DNA of 64,000 bases, taken from positions 16,244,001-16,308,000 of the forward strand of contig NC_043020.1 in NCBI RefSeq assembly GCF_006345805.1. Direction: 5' to 3'. The notes under the pieces were generated by a model. The model was given only the letters and a program-made list of their open reading frames with translations, searched no databases and was not told the origin of the DNA. The DNA is from Octopus sinensis (taxonomy: Eukaryota). Below, in pieces: positions 1 through 12,286 of this stretch. Positions within the stretch are counted from its first letter, which is position 1; every line of letters begins with the position of its first letter. The position numbers and the translations under genes were made by a program.

Positions 1-59
1 CATAAACACACCAGCATCAGTTGTCAAGCAATGCTAGGGGGACAAACACAGACACACAA

Positions 60-128
<69 letters not shown>

Positions 129-297
129 TATACGACAGGCTTCTTTCAGTTTCCGTCTACCAAATCCACTCACAAGGCATTGGTTGGCCTGGGGCTATAG
201 TGGAAGACACTTGCCCAAGATGCCACGCAGTGGGACTGAACCCGGAACCATGTGGTTGGTTAGCAAGCTACTTACCACACAGCCACTCCTACGCCTA
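1..297 (-). mobile_element. tRNA-derived SINE family A, 3' part beyond window edge
   Basis: Reverse complement of head GGCGTAGGAGTGGCTGTGTGGTAAG...GGTTCCGGGTTCAGTCCC (A/B boxes), with internal (TA)n/(TG)n tract. Confidence 0.9.
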
Positions 298-477
298 AAT
301 GGTAAGAAATTTGCTCCCTAACTACATGTATCTGGGTTCACCCCCACAGCTTGGCACCTTGGGTAAGTGTCTTCTACTATAGCCCTGGGTCAATCAAAAC
401 CTTGTAAGTGGATTGGCACCTAATAGTTATAGTTTAGTTTCCAACTACACTGCTAAGTAGACAACACTTTCTTTTTT

Positions 478-703
478 TCTTTATTGCCCACAAGGGGCTA
501 AACATAGAGGGGACAAACAAGGACAGACAAAGGGATTGAGTCGATTACATCGACCCCAGTGCATAACTGGTACTTAATTTATCGACCCTGAAAGGATGAA
601 AGGCAAAGTCGACCTCGGCGGAATTTGAACTCAGAACGTAGTTGCAGACAAAATGCCGCTAAGCATTTTGCCCAGCATGCTGTTCCTGCCAGTTCACTGC
701 CTT
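478..703 (-). mobile_element. SINE family B (core GCCTTTCATCCTTTCGGGGTCGATAAATTAAGTACCAG)
   Basis: Same sequence recurs at 5161, 20186, 33121, 50998 and elsewhere; tRNA-like head GGCAGTGAACTGGCAG...GAGTTCAAATTCC. Confidence 0.85.
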
Positions 704-961
704 CTGATGGCTCCTGTTTATTACGAGATGGAGTGAATATATGAACACTGTCCTAAAATTACATCTATCAAAGGTTGGCATTTAAAAGAGGTAGTTCAGC
801 CTCCAGCCTGGCCTTGATTAGGCTGACTTATAATCAAAGATGTTTGAGTCATGATTATTTTATCTTTTATCATCTACTTGCTTTTATCTTCTCCTTTTTT
901 TAAACAAACCAGCCCCCAAAATTATTCTTTCAAAGCTTGGCAGTTATTCTATATATACATA

Positions 962-1258
962 TATAAGTCATACGATATAGTGTATATTTAAATACATAGA
1001 GAATCCACTTCTAGGAATTCTATGCGCTAGAAAGAACAGCTAAGTTCTATAACCACAAAAAATTGGGGATAAGACTCGACAGGAATAAATTTGGAATAAT
1101 TTCCAAATTTGGAATAATTTCCAAATTTATTCCTGTTGAATCTTATACCCAATTTTTGGTGGTTATAGAGCTTAGCTGTTCTTTCTAGTGTGTAGAATCC
1201 CTATAAATGGATTCCTTATGTGTTTAAATATACACTATATCGTATGGCTAATATATAG
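962..1258. repeat. ~290 bp fold-back (long inverted repeat)
   Basis: CATACGATATAGTGTATATTTAAA at the left end mirrors TTTAAATATACACTATATCGTATG at the right; centre is a tandem of AAATTTGGAATAATTTCC. Confidence 0.9.
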
Positions 1259-1555
1259 TCTTTTTGACTAAAATGTTTTACACGTTGGACCACTGGAAAT
1301 GTAATTTTTGATTGAATGTTTTTTAGTTTTAATTAAATTCCATTTCCCTTTGATATGATTGTATATATATATAATGTAGGTAGGGTAAAATCCAAGTTGT
1401 GTCGTTTCGAAGCACATCTCCCTATTCCAGAATTACAATCCAGTATGTATTTACTATCATTGTATTGATGTGAGGTACAAATTAGAATTGAATATTCTGG
1501 AAATATTGTTTGCAGAGTTATATGACAAAACAGGAAGTTGGAAAATTATTTTGGT

Positions 1556-1965
1556 ATAGGTGCAGGAGTGGCTGTGTGGTAAGTAGCTTGCTAACCAACC
1601 ACATGGTTCCGGGTTCAGTCCCACTGTGTGGCATCTTGGGCAAGTGTCTTCTACTATAGCCTTGGGCCGACCAAAGCCTTGTGAGTGGATTTGGTAGACG
1701 GAAACTGAAAGAAGCCTGTCGTATATATGTATATATATATATATATGTATATGTGTGTGTCTGTGTTTGTCCCCCTAGCATTGCTTGACAACTGATGCTG
1801 GTGTGTTTACGTCCCCATCACTTAGCGGTTCGGCAAAAGAGACCGATAGAATAAGCACTGGGCTTACAAAGAATAAGTCCCGGGGTCGATTTGCTCGACT
1901 AAAGGCGGTGCTCCACCATGGCCGCTGTCAAAATGACTGAAACAAGTAAAAGAGTAAAGAGAGTA
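1556..1965 (+). mobile_element. SINE family A, full length
   Basis: A/B-box head, internal microsatellite, tail CTCCACCATGGCCGCTGTC...CTGAAACAAGTAAAAGAGTAAAG. Confidence 0.92.
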
Positions 1966-2386
1966 TCATTTGTTCACTTTACATATTTTTCCTTTGTTTA
2001 GAAGAATCACAAAATTATGCATATAAAAATGTGTAAGAAATTTCCTATTAAAAATTCTACTGGCAGTGAAACAAATACATATTTTCCAAAATGTACAACT
2101 TTATGGTTCCTATTAGCATATGAAACATATGTAATGTGACTAAATAATTGTTGATGTCATATTCCAGCTTCCTGGTTTGTTAAGTATATCCACATCGGTG
2201 GATTGACCTTGAATAATGTTATATAGTCTTGCATGGTCTGATAACCAGTCAAAAATAACTGGATGTGAATGCAATTCTGAGGTGGCTATGCTGCAGAAAT
2301 GAGTGTCAGACACATTATAATAAAATATTCTGTATAATTAACTGTGAAAATTTTTAAAAAATTACAGATATAAAAAATTTGCAGAT

Positions 2387-2793
2387 ATAGGTGCAGGAGT
2401 GGCTGTGTGGTAAGTAGCTTGTTTAACAACCACATGGTTCTGGGTTCAGTCCTACTGTGTGGCACCTTGGGCGAATGTCTTCTACTATAGCCTCGGGCCG
2501 ACCAAAGCCTTATGAGTGGATCTGGTAAACGGAAACTGAAAGAAGCCCGTCGTATATATGTATATATATGTGTGCGTGTATGTTTGTGTTTGTCCCCCTA
2601 GCATTGCTTGACAACCGATGCTGGTGTGTTTATGTCCCCGGCACTTAATGGTTTAGCAAAAGAGACCAATAGAATAAGTACTGGGCTTACAAAGAATAAG
2701 TCCCGGGGTCAAGTTGCTCAATTAAAGGCAGTGTTCCAGCATGGCCGCAGTCAAATGACTGAAACAAGTAAAAGAGTAAAGAGAGTAAGAGTA
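2387..2793 (+). mobile_element. SINE family A, full length
   Basis: High similarity to 1556-1965, with (AAAGAGT)n tail. Confidence 0.92.
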
Positions 2794-3109
2794 TACAAAT
2801 CTCCACTTCATTGTAATTGTTTTATATACACAGATAAGAGATGGCGAGATTTTTACTCAAGAACACAGCACACCGCTCAGTCCAGGAATCGATCCAATGA
2901 TCTGACAATCATGAGTGCAACATGCTAACCACTGGGCCAAATGCTTTCACATTCCTCAAGTGACTTCTAAAAATGAAGGGCCTATTGGATAATGTAGTCC
3001 AAGACACACTATGGTTGAATGAAAACAAACAAGACTGGATGGTCAGAAATGGAACATCTTTCATTATAGTTCTGCTTATTCAGTATTGATCTGAACAGTG
3101 GAACATTTA

Positions 3110-3392
3110 GTCAGTTGTTGATGCTGATGTTGTTGATATTGATGTTATGGCTGTTGATACTGATGAGGTTGTTGACGCTGTTGTTATGGTTATTGACATT
3201 GATGCTGTTCTTGATAATGCTTTTGTTGTTGTTGATGTTATTGTCGACGTTGATGTTGTTCTTATGGTCATTAATGTTTACATTCTTGATGTCATGGTCA
3301 TCGTGGTTGCTGTCGTAGCTGAAGTTATGTTGAGGTTTGTCGTCAACATTAATCTTCTTGATGTCGATGTTGATGTTGCTGGGGTTGATGTT
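3110..3392. repeat. Degenerate (GTT/GAT)n low-complexity tract
   Basis: Visible trinucleotide periodicity; resumes at about 4371-4445 after the SINE. Confidence 0.8.
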
Positions 3393-3396
3393 TCTC

Positions 3397-3589
3397 TTAC
3401 TTTTTTACTCTCTTACTTGTTTCAGTCATTTGACTGCGGCCATGCTGGAGCACCACCTTTAGTCGAGCAACTCGACCCCGGGTCTTATTCTTTTGTAAGC
3501 CCAGTAATTATTCTATCGGTCTCGTAAACACACCAGCATCGGTTGTCAAGCGATGTTGGGGGACAAACACAGACACACAAACATACACG

Positions 3590-3626
<37 letters not shown>

Positions 3627-4370
3627 CATCATCATCATCATCATCGTTTAACGTCCATTTCCGCGCTAGCACGGGTTGGACGGTTTCGACCGGGGTCTGG
3701 GGAGCTAGGGACTGCCCCAGGCTCCAGTCTAGTCTGGCAGTGTTTCTACAGCTGGATGTCCTTCCTAACGCCAACCACTCCGCGAGTGTAGTGGGTGTTT
3801 TTTACGTGCCACCTGCACAGGTGCCAGAGGGGTCTGGCATCGGCCACGTTCGGATGGTGCTTTTTATGTAGGGGGGCGGGCAGAAATATAGGGGAGCACC
3901 AGTGGGGAGGGGTGGTTCAGAGAAATGATGACAGGTTCTAGGCAAGTAGAACGTAGGATATCAAGAGAGGGGTAATGCATGGTGAAATAGCGTATTGAAG
4001 AGGAGGGTTCGAAGAGTAGACACCTATAATGGTGGTGGGAGAAGCGACATCCGGTATAGATGGAGCAAAAATATAGAGATATCCGGTATTGGTGGTGGGG
4101 GTGGGCAAGGGCGGGTGCACCGGGAATATGACGGGCTGGCTTAAAAATGCTCTTAGCAAAGGAAGAGGGGGGATGGCAGACATATATATATATATACATA
4201 TATACGACGGGCTTCTTTCAGTTTCCATCTACCAAATCCACTCACAAGGCTTTGGTCGGCCCGAGGCTATAGTAGAAGACACTTGCCCAAGATGCCACGT
4301 AGTGGGACTGAACCCGGAACCATGTGGTTGGTTAGCAAGCTACTTACCACACAGCCATTCCTGCGCCTAT
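3397..4370 (-). mobile_element. SINE family A interrupted by nested family C element and a G-rich segment
   Basis: Tail half 3397-3626, head half 4181-4370; insert 3627-4180 sits in the internal (TA)n tract. Confidence 0.85.
3627..3868 (-). mobile_element. Family C repeat (GGTTGGCGTTAGGAAGGGCATCCAGC core, (GAT)n tail), SINE-like
   Basis: Recurs at 5975, 13205, 31997, 57349, 59810 and 60180. Confidence 0.75.
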
Positions 4371-5160
4371 TAATGTTATTCTTGATGTTATATTGTAGAT
4401 ATTGTTGACGATGTTCTTGTTGTTGTTATTGTTGTTGTTGTCATTAATATTGGCTATAACCAATCATGGTGTGTATAGCCAAATGTTTGTATTTTCCACA
4501 AATGGCCTGATTCCCTATCGTAATAGACTTTTATGAATGCATTCAGAGCAATTTTATTCAATTCTCTCCCTCCCCGCACTTTCAGTGTTTACAACTAATA
4601 TTCCATTAAGATGATAAATAACACACCAAGACTTCATCTTCATCTCGTAGAGAGCAAGAAAGAATCTATAATTGTAAATGGTGATTAATGCAGACACTCA
4701 TATCGTTTGACACTGGTGGACGGAGCTTGAGGGAGGGAGACAAAGACGGAGTGAGAGGAAAAGAGAGACTGGACGAAAGAAGTGCTAAATAGGAAAGAGA
4801 AGAAAATTTCTTGAATAATTTTCAATTAACAATAAGGTGGTGAGTGAGTGGGAAGAATAAGAAGATACAGGACAGAAACGAAGAAACAATATTGCCAGCG
4901 AAATAAATTTCTGGTCATTTTAGAAGGAGGGAGAATAATAAATGGAACAGCCATGCTAATTATGAAAATGTTATATTGACAATCTGTGCAAATGTGTATG
5001 TATGTATGTATGTATGTATGTATGTATGTATGTATGTATGTGTGTGTGCATGTATGAATGTATGTATTTATGCATGTATATATATGTGTGTGTATGTGTG
5101 TATGTAAGTCTGTATGTATGTGTGTGAATGCATGTATGTGAATGTATGTATATATGTATA

Positions 5161-5392
5161 TATTTCTTTACTACCCACAAGGAGCTAAACACAGAGGGGA
5201 CAAACAAGGACAGACATAGGTATTAAGTCGATTACATCGACCCCAGTGCGTAACTGGTACTTAATTTATCGACCCCGAAAGGATGAAAGGCAAAGTCGAC
5301 CTCGGCTGAATTTGAACTCGGAACGTAACAACAGACGAAATACGGCTACGCATTTCGCCCGGCGTGCTAACGTTTCTGCCAGCTCGCCGCCG
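5161..5392 (-). mobile_element. SINE family B, full length, within (TATG)n
   Basis: Head GGCGGCGAGCTGGCAGAAACGTTAGCACG, B box GAGTTCAAATTC, same core as 478-703. Confidence 0.9.
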
Positions 5393-5699
5393 TATGTATA
5401 TATGTATGAGTGTATATATGTACATATGTGTGTATGTATTTCTGCATGCATATGTGTATGCAAGTGCATGTGTAAGTATGTGAGTGTGTATGCGCATATG
5501 TATGTATTTATGTTTGTATGTATGTTTGAGATAAATTGAATATTAATTTAATTAATATCAATTTAAAACCAGTAGCCTAGCATATAAAAAATATGAAAAA
5601 TCAGAAATAATTTCAATACATGTGTATATCTAGGGCTAAAAAATCCACTAGGTGGATAGCCATATGCTAGAAGAAGATCACATACGATCTAACTACAAA

Positions 5700-5915
5700 G
5701 AAAGAATGTTCTCCAGAGAAAATTTGGCTCAAAATTATTTACCGCTATTCGCGGGTGCCTCGGGGAAAGTAACTTGACGAAAATACAACTAGGATCATGA
5801 TGAATGTCCTCTTAAAATTTGAGCAAAATGCGTGCTAATTTGTGGATGTGCATAAACTACATTCACATACACTCACACACACACATACACACACGTCCTG
5901 CCTTATATATATACA
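5700..5915 (-). mobile_element. Helitron-like non-autonomous fragment
   Basis: Minus strand begins TATATATATAAGGCAGG, then a (TG)n tract, then TTTTGCTCAAATTT; same layout as 61793-62352. Confidence 0.4.
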
Positions 5916-5974
5916 GACGTATATATTCACAGCAGAAATTTTAATACTGCTCCCTCTGCTGAAGAGGATTTGCC

Positions 5975-6180
5975 TGCAGGAGCCCTGTACCAGTGCCACA
6001 TAAAAAGCACCTAGCACACTCTGTAAAATGGTTGGTATTTGGAAGGGCATCCAGCCATAAAAACCAAGCCAAATCAGACTGGAACCTGGTGCATCTCTCC
6101 AGTTTACCAGCTCTGGTCAAACTGTCCAATCCCTACCAAGATGGAAAACAGACGTTAAAGGATGATGATGATGATGATGA
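5975..6180 (+). mobile_element. Family C repeat
   Basis: GGTTGGTATTTGGAAGGGCATCCAGC...GACGTTAAAG(GAT)n. Confidence 0.75.
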
Positions 6181-6438
6181 GGAGGAGGAGGAGGAGGAGG
6201 AGGATATATTACATTTATATATATACCCAGATAGTGTCTTGTGATGCTAGTGGGTATTGTGAGGATAGTACAACAAATTACAGTTGTTGAGAGGCTGGAT
6301 CCTCCCATTGGATTGTTGGTAGGATTCTAATAGTTACATGCTGGTGTATGGGTTCATATTTGCTTCTGTTGTAGTTTGCAAAGTTACCACTTATATTAAT
6401 CTAAGCATTATTTAAATGAGTGTAAATATATACATACA

Positions 6439-6474
<36 letters not shown>

Positions 6475-7053
6475 TATATATAATATATATATATTATATA
6501 TATATATATACCCATATACATACAGTGATAAAATGTAATAACAAAAATGACTTGTGGATAGAAATTTTTATACTTTATTGACACATTGCAACATATGTTT
6601 CAGCATGGCACATGTTTATTTGCGACTGTGTTCTCACATCAATAGGATATTATTAAATATTATTTATAATATATCAATGGATCTTGAGCATATATTTATT
6701 CAATGTGTATGTTTTTTCAGGCATTTGACATTAATGGTGTTTTTGCTGGACTGATGTTTACTTTTAAAGACATTTACTATTATACACCAGTCTGTTCGAT
6801 ACTTGCGCAGTGCTTATGAACTGCCAAAATTTATTTCATAGAGAGATACATTATGTGGTAAGAAGTTTGCTTCTCAATTACATAGTTTCAGGTTCAGTCC
6901 CACTGCATTGCACCTCAGGCAAGTATCTTCTACTATAGCTTTGGGCTTACCAAAGCCTTGTGAGTGGATTTGATAGACAGAAACTGAAAGAAACCTGTTG
7001 CATATATATATATATATATACTTTATTTAAAGCAGCAGAAAATTCAACAAAAT

Positions 7054-7091
7054 CTGTTACTCTGAGTTTCTTGTTGCCGTTCATCAGACAG
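7054..7091 (-). ncRNA. Minimal type I hammerhead ribozyme motif with canonical core
   Basis: Minus strand reads CUGU-CUGAUGA-ACGGCAACAA-GAAAC-UCAGA-GUA-ACAG; stem I CUGU/ACAG pairs; stem II is decayed. Confidence 0.6.
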
Positions 7092-7102
7092 TGTTTACTC
7101 CA

Positions 7103-7150
<48 letters not shown>

Positions 7151-7161
<11 letters not shown>

Positions 7162-7581
7162 TGTTGGCATCCGTTTGTTTCAGAAGACAATGGAGTTGCA
7201 CATAAACTAATCCAGTCTGGTTTTTACATTTCATGTCCTCTCCAATTTCCTCTCCAGTCTTGCGTAGGCCTGGGCTAGATGTAAGAAAATCCTGGGAAGC
7301 CCAGTCGTCAGGATTCCTCTCTTGACCTTGCTGATGTAGTCCAAAGGAGTGCAGAGCATTACGTTTGGCACCAGCTTGGTTGCAGGAGCTGCCGTAAGAG
7401 TGTCGAGTCGAACACTAAACCGCCTACAGGGCTCCACTCCGGATTTCTTTGAAGGTTGTCTCCTTTCTGTAACCCTGGATAGGGGCCCATACTGGGTACT
7501 GTTAACCAGAGCCAGCTGAGCCCAAGACTCATGTCAAGCAGGGTCATCACTCTCAGAAATGGTGAAGAAAATCGCTACCCA
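7151..7581. mobile_element. GC-richer interspersed element, possibly RTE-related non-autonomous or UTR sequence
   Basis: Bounded by (GTT)n and (TA)n; GC-richer than flanks; family assignment from recall only. Confidence 0.4.
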
Positions 7582-7889
7582 CTATATATATATATATATA
7601 TATATATTAGAAGGTTTTTGTATCTGAAAGTGGTGTTAGAGAAAAAGAAGGGAAGGAAGAAAAGGGAGAGAGGGAAAAAGAAAAAAATATATAAAATATA
7701 TGTAAAATATATGTATGTATGTGTGTGTCTTTGGTTCTCTGTTTGTCCCCCACTGCCACTTGAAAATTGGTGTTGGTTTGTTTACATACGTGTAAATAAG
7801 AAGTTCAGCAAAAGAGACTGATGAAATAAATACCATGCTTTAATAAAAGAAAGATAATGGGATCAATTCATTCAACTGTGTATGCATAC

Positions 7890-8498
7890 CTCTTACTTTA
7901 ACCTTTTACTTCTTTCAGTCATTAGACCGTGACCATACTGGGTGACTGCCTTGAAGGATTGTAGTCAAATGAATTGGTTCCAGTATAATTTTTTGTAAAG
8001 CCTGGTACTTATTCTATTGGTCTCCCCTGCTGTACTGCGAAGTTATAAAGACATGCACACACCAACACCAATCATCAAGTGATTGTTGGGGAAAAAACAC
8101 AGTCACAAAGACACACTCACACAGATATATTTTTTTCTCTCCTTGTTTCTCTCCGTGTTTCTTTTCTGTGTATCTTTCTGTTGAAGAGCGTAGGCTCGAA
8201 ACGTTAAAGACTTGTTTTATCTATATTCCTGAGCGCCATACTAATACAATTGTTTGTTTATATTCCACCTGCCTTCGTCTTTTGTTTATTTTCATAAAGC
8301 TTCCCGTTATATATATATATATATATATACATATACGATGGACATCTTTCAGTTTCCATCTACCAACTCCAGTCACAAGGCTTTGGTTGGCCCGAGGCTA
8401 TGGTAGAAGACACTTGCCCAAGGTGCCATACAGTGAGACTGAACCCAGAACCATGTGGCTGGGAATCAAGTTTCTTACCACACAGCCATGCCTATGCC
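7890..8498 (-). mobile_element. SINE family A with nested family D element
   Basis: Tail 7890-8125, head 8330-8498. Confidence 0.8.
8128..8310 (+). mobile_element. Family D: ~190 bp hammerhead-bearing mini-element (Penelope pLTR or retrozyme-like)
   Basis: TCTTT-CTGTTGA-A-GAGC-GTAG-GCTC-GAAAC-GTT-AAAGA at 8173-8210; six copies in the window. Confidence 0.7.
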
Positions 8499-8844
8499 TA
8501 TATATATGAAAGTAGGGTATGTAGTGTGAGTGCTGGATGAATGGTGTGAGTGCTAGATGATGTGATGTGAGTGTTAGATGTGTATGTCTTTTATTTTTCA
8601 TCTTTTATTTGCTTCAGGAGCTGGCCAATATATGGTGATATGATTTGGTCGAAATGTATTGTGTGGGGATCGATTTAATGATGTGGTTACAGGAGTGAGT
8701 ATGTTGTAGGAGGGGTTAATATAAAATATGAAGGTGTTGGTGTGTAATATATATATATGTACATATAGCTGTTCCAACATGTAACAACCAGTTCATGAGG
8801 TTCCCCTTACAGACTACATTCTTTGTAATATTTTTTCAAGAGAA

Positions 8845-9235
8845 GTGGCTGCATGGTAAGTAGCTTGCTTACCAACCACATGGTTCCAAGTTCATTCCCA
8901 CTGTGTGGCACCTTGGGCAAGTGTCTTCTACTATAGCCTCGGGCCGACCAAAGCCTTGTGAGTGGATTTAGTAGACGGAAACTGAAAGAAGCCTGTCATA
9001 TATATGTATGTATGTGTGTGTGTGTTTATGTGTTTGTGTTTGTCCCCCCAACATCACTTGACAACCGATGCTAGTGTGTTTACATCCCCGTAACTTAGTG
9101 GTTCGGCAAAAGAGACTGATAGAATCAGTACTAGGCTTACAAAGAATAAGTCCTGGGGTTGATTTGCTCAGCTAAAGGTGGTGCGCCAGCATGGCCACAG
9201 TCAAATGACTGAAACAAGTAAAAGAGTAAAGAGTA
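8845..9235 (+). mobile_element. SINE family A
   Basis: Near full-length match to family consensus. Confidence 0.9.
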
Positions 9236-9337
9236 TATTAAAAACAAAATTTAGCTTGTACAACATGAATCAAATGAGAGAGAGAGCTTCCTTTGGATAA
9301 GATGCTGATCCATCAAAGATCTCTCTCTCTCTCTATC

Positions 9338-9565
9338 CGCTCAGTTGAAGTCGACTCTCGGTTACTCATTGGATCAGTGTCCTCCAGTCAGTTCTATCCT
9401 GGGCTGCTTCCTTCAGATTGGCCATGTCCATTCCGGTATCACTCCTGATGGTATCAAGCCAGCGGCTTCTTAGTTGGCCTCTTCCTCTTTTGCCACTGAC
9501 CATTCCAAGCATGATGTCCTTCTCCAGGGATTCTCTCCGCATAATATGACCGAAATATGCCAATA
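9338..9565 (-). mobile_element. RTE (BovB-like) LINE 3' fragment
   Basis: YFGHIMRRESLEKDIMLGMVSGKRGRGQLRSRWLD is the typical RTE ORF C-terminus. Confidence 0.85.
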
Positions 9566-9574
9566 GAATAAGTA

Positions 9575-9900
9575 CAGGAGGATTTCAGCTTGTGACTTAA
9601 ACCAAAGAAGCAGTCATAAATTCCGAATCACTATTTCCAACTGTAACAATAAATCATTCCCCTTTGTGGTACCTGTTTACCATGTACATAGACAGAGCCA
9701 CTGAGAGTTACATGTTCTGGCTACAAGTAAAAATGTAAAGCCCAAGAGAATGGTTGAATGAGTGACCTTGCAGCTTGTATTCTCACATACCTTAATAATC
9801 TTGGCTGGCCATCCACATTTACCACTGACCAAATACAGGAGGTTAAGTAAGGTCAGCTTCATAGGTCAAGAAATCAAATTATCTAATGCAATATATACAA
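9575..9900 (-). pseudogene. Possible highly decayed LINE reverse transcriptase fragment
   Basis: GKCGWPAKIIK and VTVGNSDSEFMTAS resemble the RT segment preceding the QG motif. Confidence 0.35.
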
Positions 9901-10619
9901 CTGATAAAGTAAATGTCCATTTGAAAGACACACTGTCACTCATCGACATCGCTATTTTGAAAACACCAAGAATTGTTCCTAAAAATGGTTGCTCCTCTAT
10001 CAAAATAATCAAATTATTTCGAAGTTATGTTAATCTGTAAAAGCATCCCAAAAGGAATATAACATGTGAACTTCTCAAGAATAATGAAAATGTACGTGAG
10101 AGATTCTATCGGTTGTTAAGTGTTAGAGAGAAAGTCGTATACGCAGTTTGACCTATGTTAATAAGTTTTTGTTGAAATACACCAAACTCTAATAACACCA
10201 ATAGCAGGTAGTTTGACAAGATATCTAAAATTATCTTGACCTTTTATTTGTAGATCTTGATTTCACGTTGACATATAATAATTGATTACTTATATCTCTT
10301 GTGTATTTACATAGACTGCCGATATTCAAGCAGTTGAGTAAGCAATTGTTGTTTGTAAGGAAAAAACAGTGTAGATGAAAGAGAGTGAAAGGGACAAAGA
10401 GACAAAGAGAGAGAAAATCAGAGAGAGAGATACTACAAGCATTCAATGCAGCTTTTCTCTGTCGACTTATACACGTTAGAATATAGTTAAGGGAATACAT
10501 CTAATTTTCATGCTAAGCTTCAACATATTGCTATATAATGTGAAATAAATATTTTCTGTTTAAAGCAATAGCAAAAATGGTTGCAGAAAAAATAGTCTGC
10601 TGAATATTTTAAAATAGTA

Positions 10620-11810
10620 ATGTAGTGTTGGCAGTAAAAAAGTGATGTAGTAAACATTATCATACAATGGTGTAGTGAACATTAAAGCTGTATATGTAGT
10701 GAAGGTAGTGAACATTATAGTTTAGTGGTGTAAGTATGTGTGAGTGGAGAACGTTTTAGTACAATAGTGTAGTGAACATTATTATACAATGGTGACGTGA
10801 ACATTAAACTACAACAGTGCAGTATGGGTAGTGAACATTTTAGTACAATAGTGTAGTGAACATTACTATTCAATGGTGTGGTTTAATGGTGTAGTGAACA
10901 TTGTAGTATAGTGGTACAATGTGATTATTGAAACAATGAACAGTAAACATTATAATAATGTAGTTTGAATAATGAACGTTTTAGTACAGTGGTGTAGTGA
11001 ACATTATTATGCAACAGTGTACTGAACATTAAAGTACAATGAGGTAGTGGTGGGTAGTGAAACAGTAAGCAGTGAACATTATAATGGTGTATTCCAGGTA
11101 GTGAACACTTTATTACGGTGGTGCAGTGAGGGTAGTGAACACTAGATGGTGTAGTGTGGGTAGTAAATATTCTAGTACAATGGTATACGCTTTTACGCTT
11201 TTACTTGTTTCAGTCATTTGACTGTGGCCATGCTGGAGCACCGCCTTTAGTCGAGCAAATCAACCCAAGGACTTATTCTTTGTATGCCTAGTACTTATTC
11301 TATCAGTCACTTTTGCCAAACTGCTAAGTTAGGGGGACGTAAACACACCAGCATCGGTCGTCAAGCGATGTTGGGGGAACAAACACACACACATATACAT
11401 ATATACCTATACATATATACAACAGGCTTCTTTCACTTTCCATTTACCAAATCCATCTCACAAGGCTTTGGTCAGCCCGAGGCTATAGTAGAAGACACTT
11501 GCCCAAGGTGCCACACAGCGGGACTGAACCCAGAACCATGTGGTTGGTAAGCAAGCTACTTACCACACAGCCACTCCTGCACCTTTAGTAAACGTTACTA
11601 TAAAATGGTAAAGTGAAAATTAAAATATAGTGATATAGTGTGGTGAGCAGTGAACATTATCATGGTGTAGTATGGGTAGTGAACATTATCGTGGTGTAGT
11701 GTGGGTAGTGAACATTTTAGTACAGTAGTGTAATGAACATTATTATACAATGGTGTAGTGAACACTAATGGACAGTGATGTAGTATGGGTAGTGAAATAG
11801 TGGTGTGGTA
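10620..11810. repeat. Degenerate minisatellite (core GTAGTGAACATT, units about 25-35 bp), split by a SINE
   Basis: More than 20 recurrences of the core motif and close variants. Confidence 0.85.
11188..11585 (-). mobile_element. SINE family A
   Basis: Full-length reverse copy inside the minisatellite. Confidence 0.9.
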
Positions 11811-12286
11811 AATATATGCAATTCACTAAACGGGAATGAATTCAATAACTGAGAAATCTTGTTTTGCCACAAATTGATATTTTATGCTCAGCTAAAATAC
11901 ATCAGTATTTTAAATCAGAGGAATGATTGACACATATGTTGGAAGTCTGATCAAAATACCTTTTCACATAATGTACTTTGGTCTTGTATTAGACTGAAAC
12001 CAGTCAAAAAATACCAATAACTGCGAAATAAATTCAATCAACAAACACCATTCTCGAAGCGAAACTAACCTTGGTACGACATCAAATGCAATTGTTAACA
12101 ATTATTTCTTTATTCTCTGCTGCCAAAAGAAATAAACAAAATTTTTTTTTCCTAAATCCAGTGTACCAGAGATTCTTTACCAAACAATAAATTAATTGCA
12201 TCTCTTCTTATTATAGACTTGATTAGTCAGTGATTTTACCGCAAGTATTTTTAAATATAAACACACCATATATGTTACACATATAG

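Noticed and set aside
31-321. Recurrent ORFs such as MLGGQTQTH...RQASFSFRLPNPLTR and DGLLSVSIYQIHSQG
   Set aside because: Antisense translations of SINE A copies.
10620-11810. CRISPR-like repeat/spacer appearance
   Set aside because: Core is only about 12 bp, spacers are related to each other and irregular, no cas genes, eukaryotic context.
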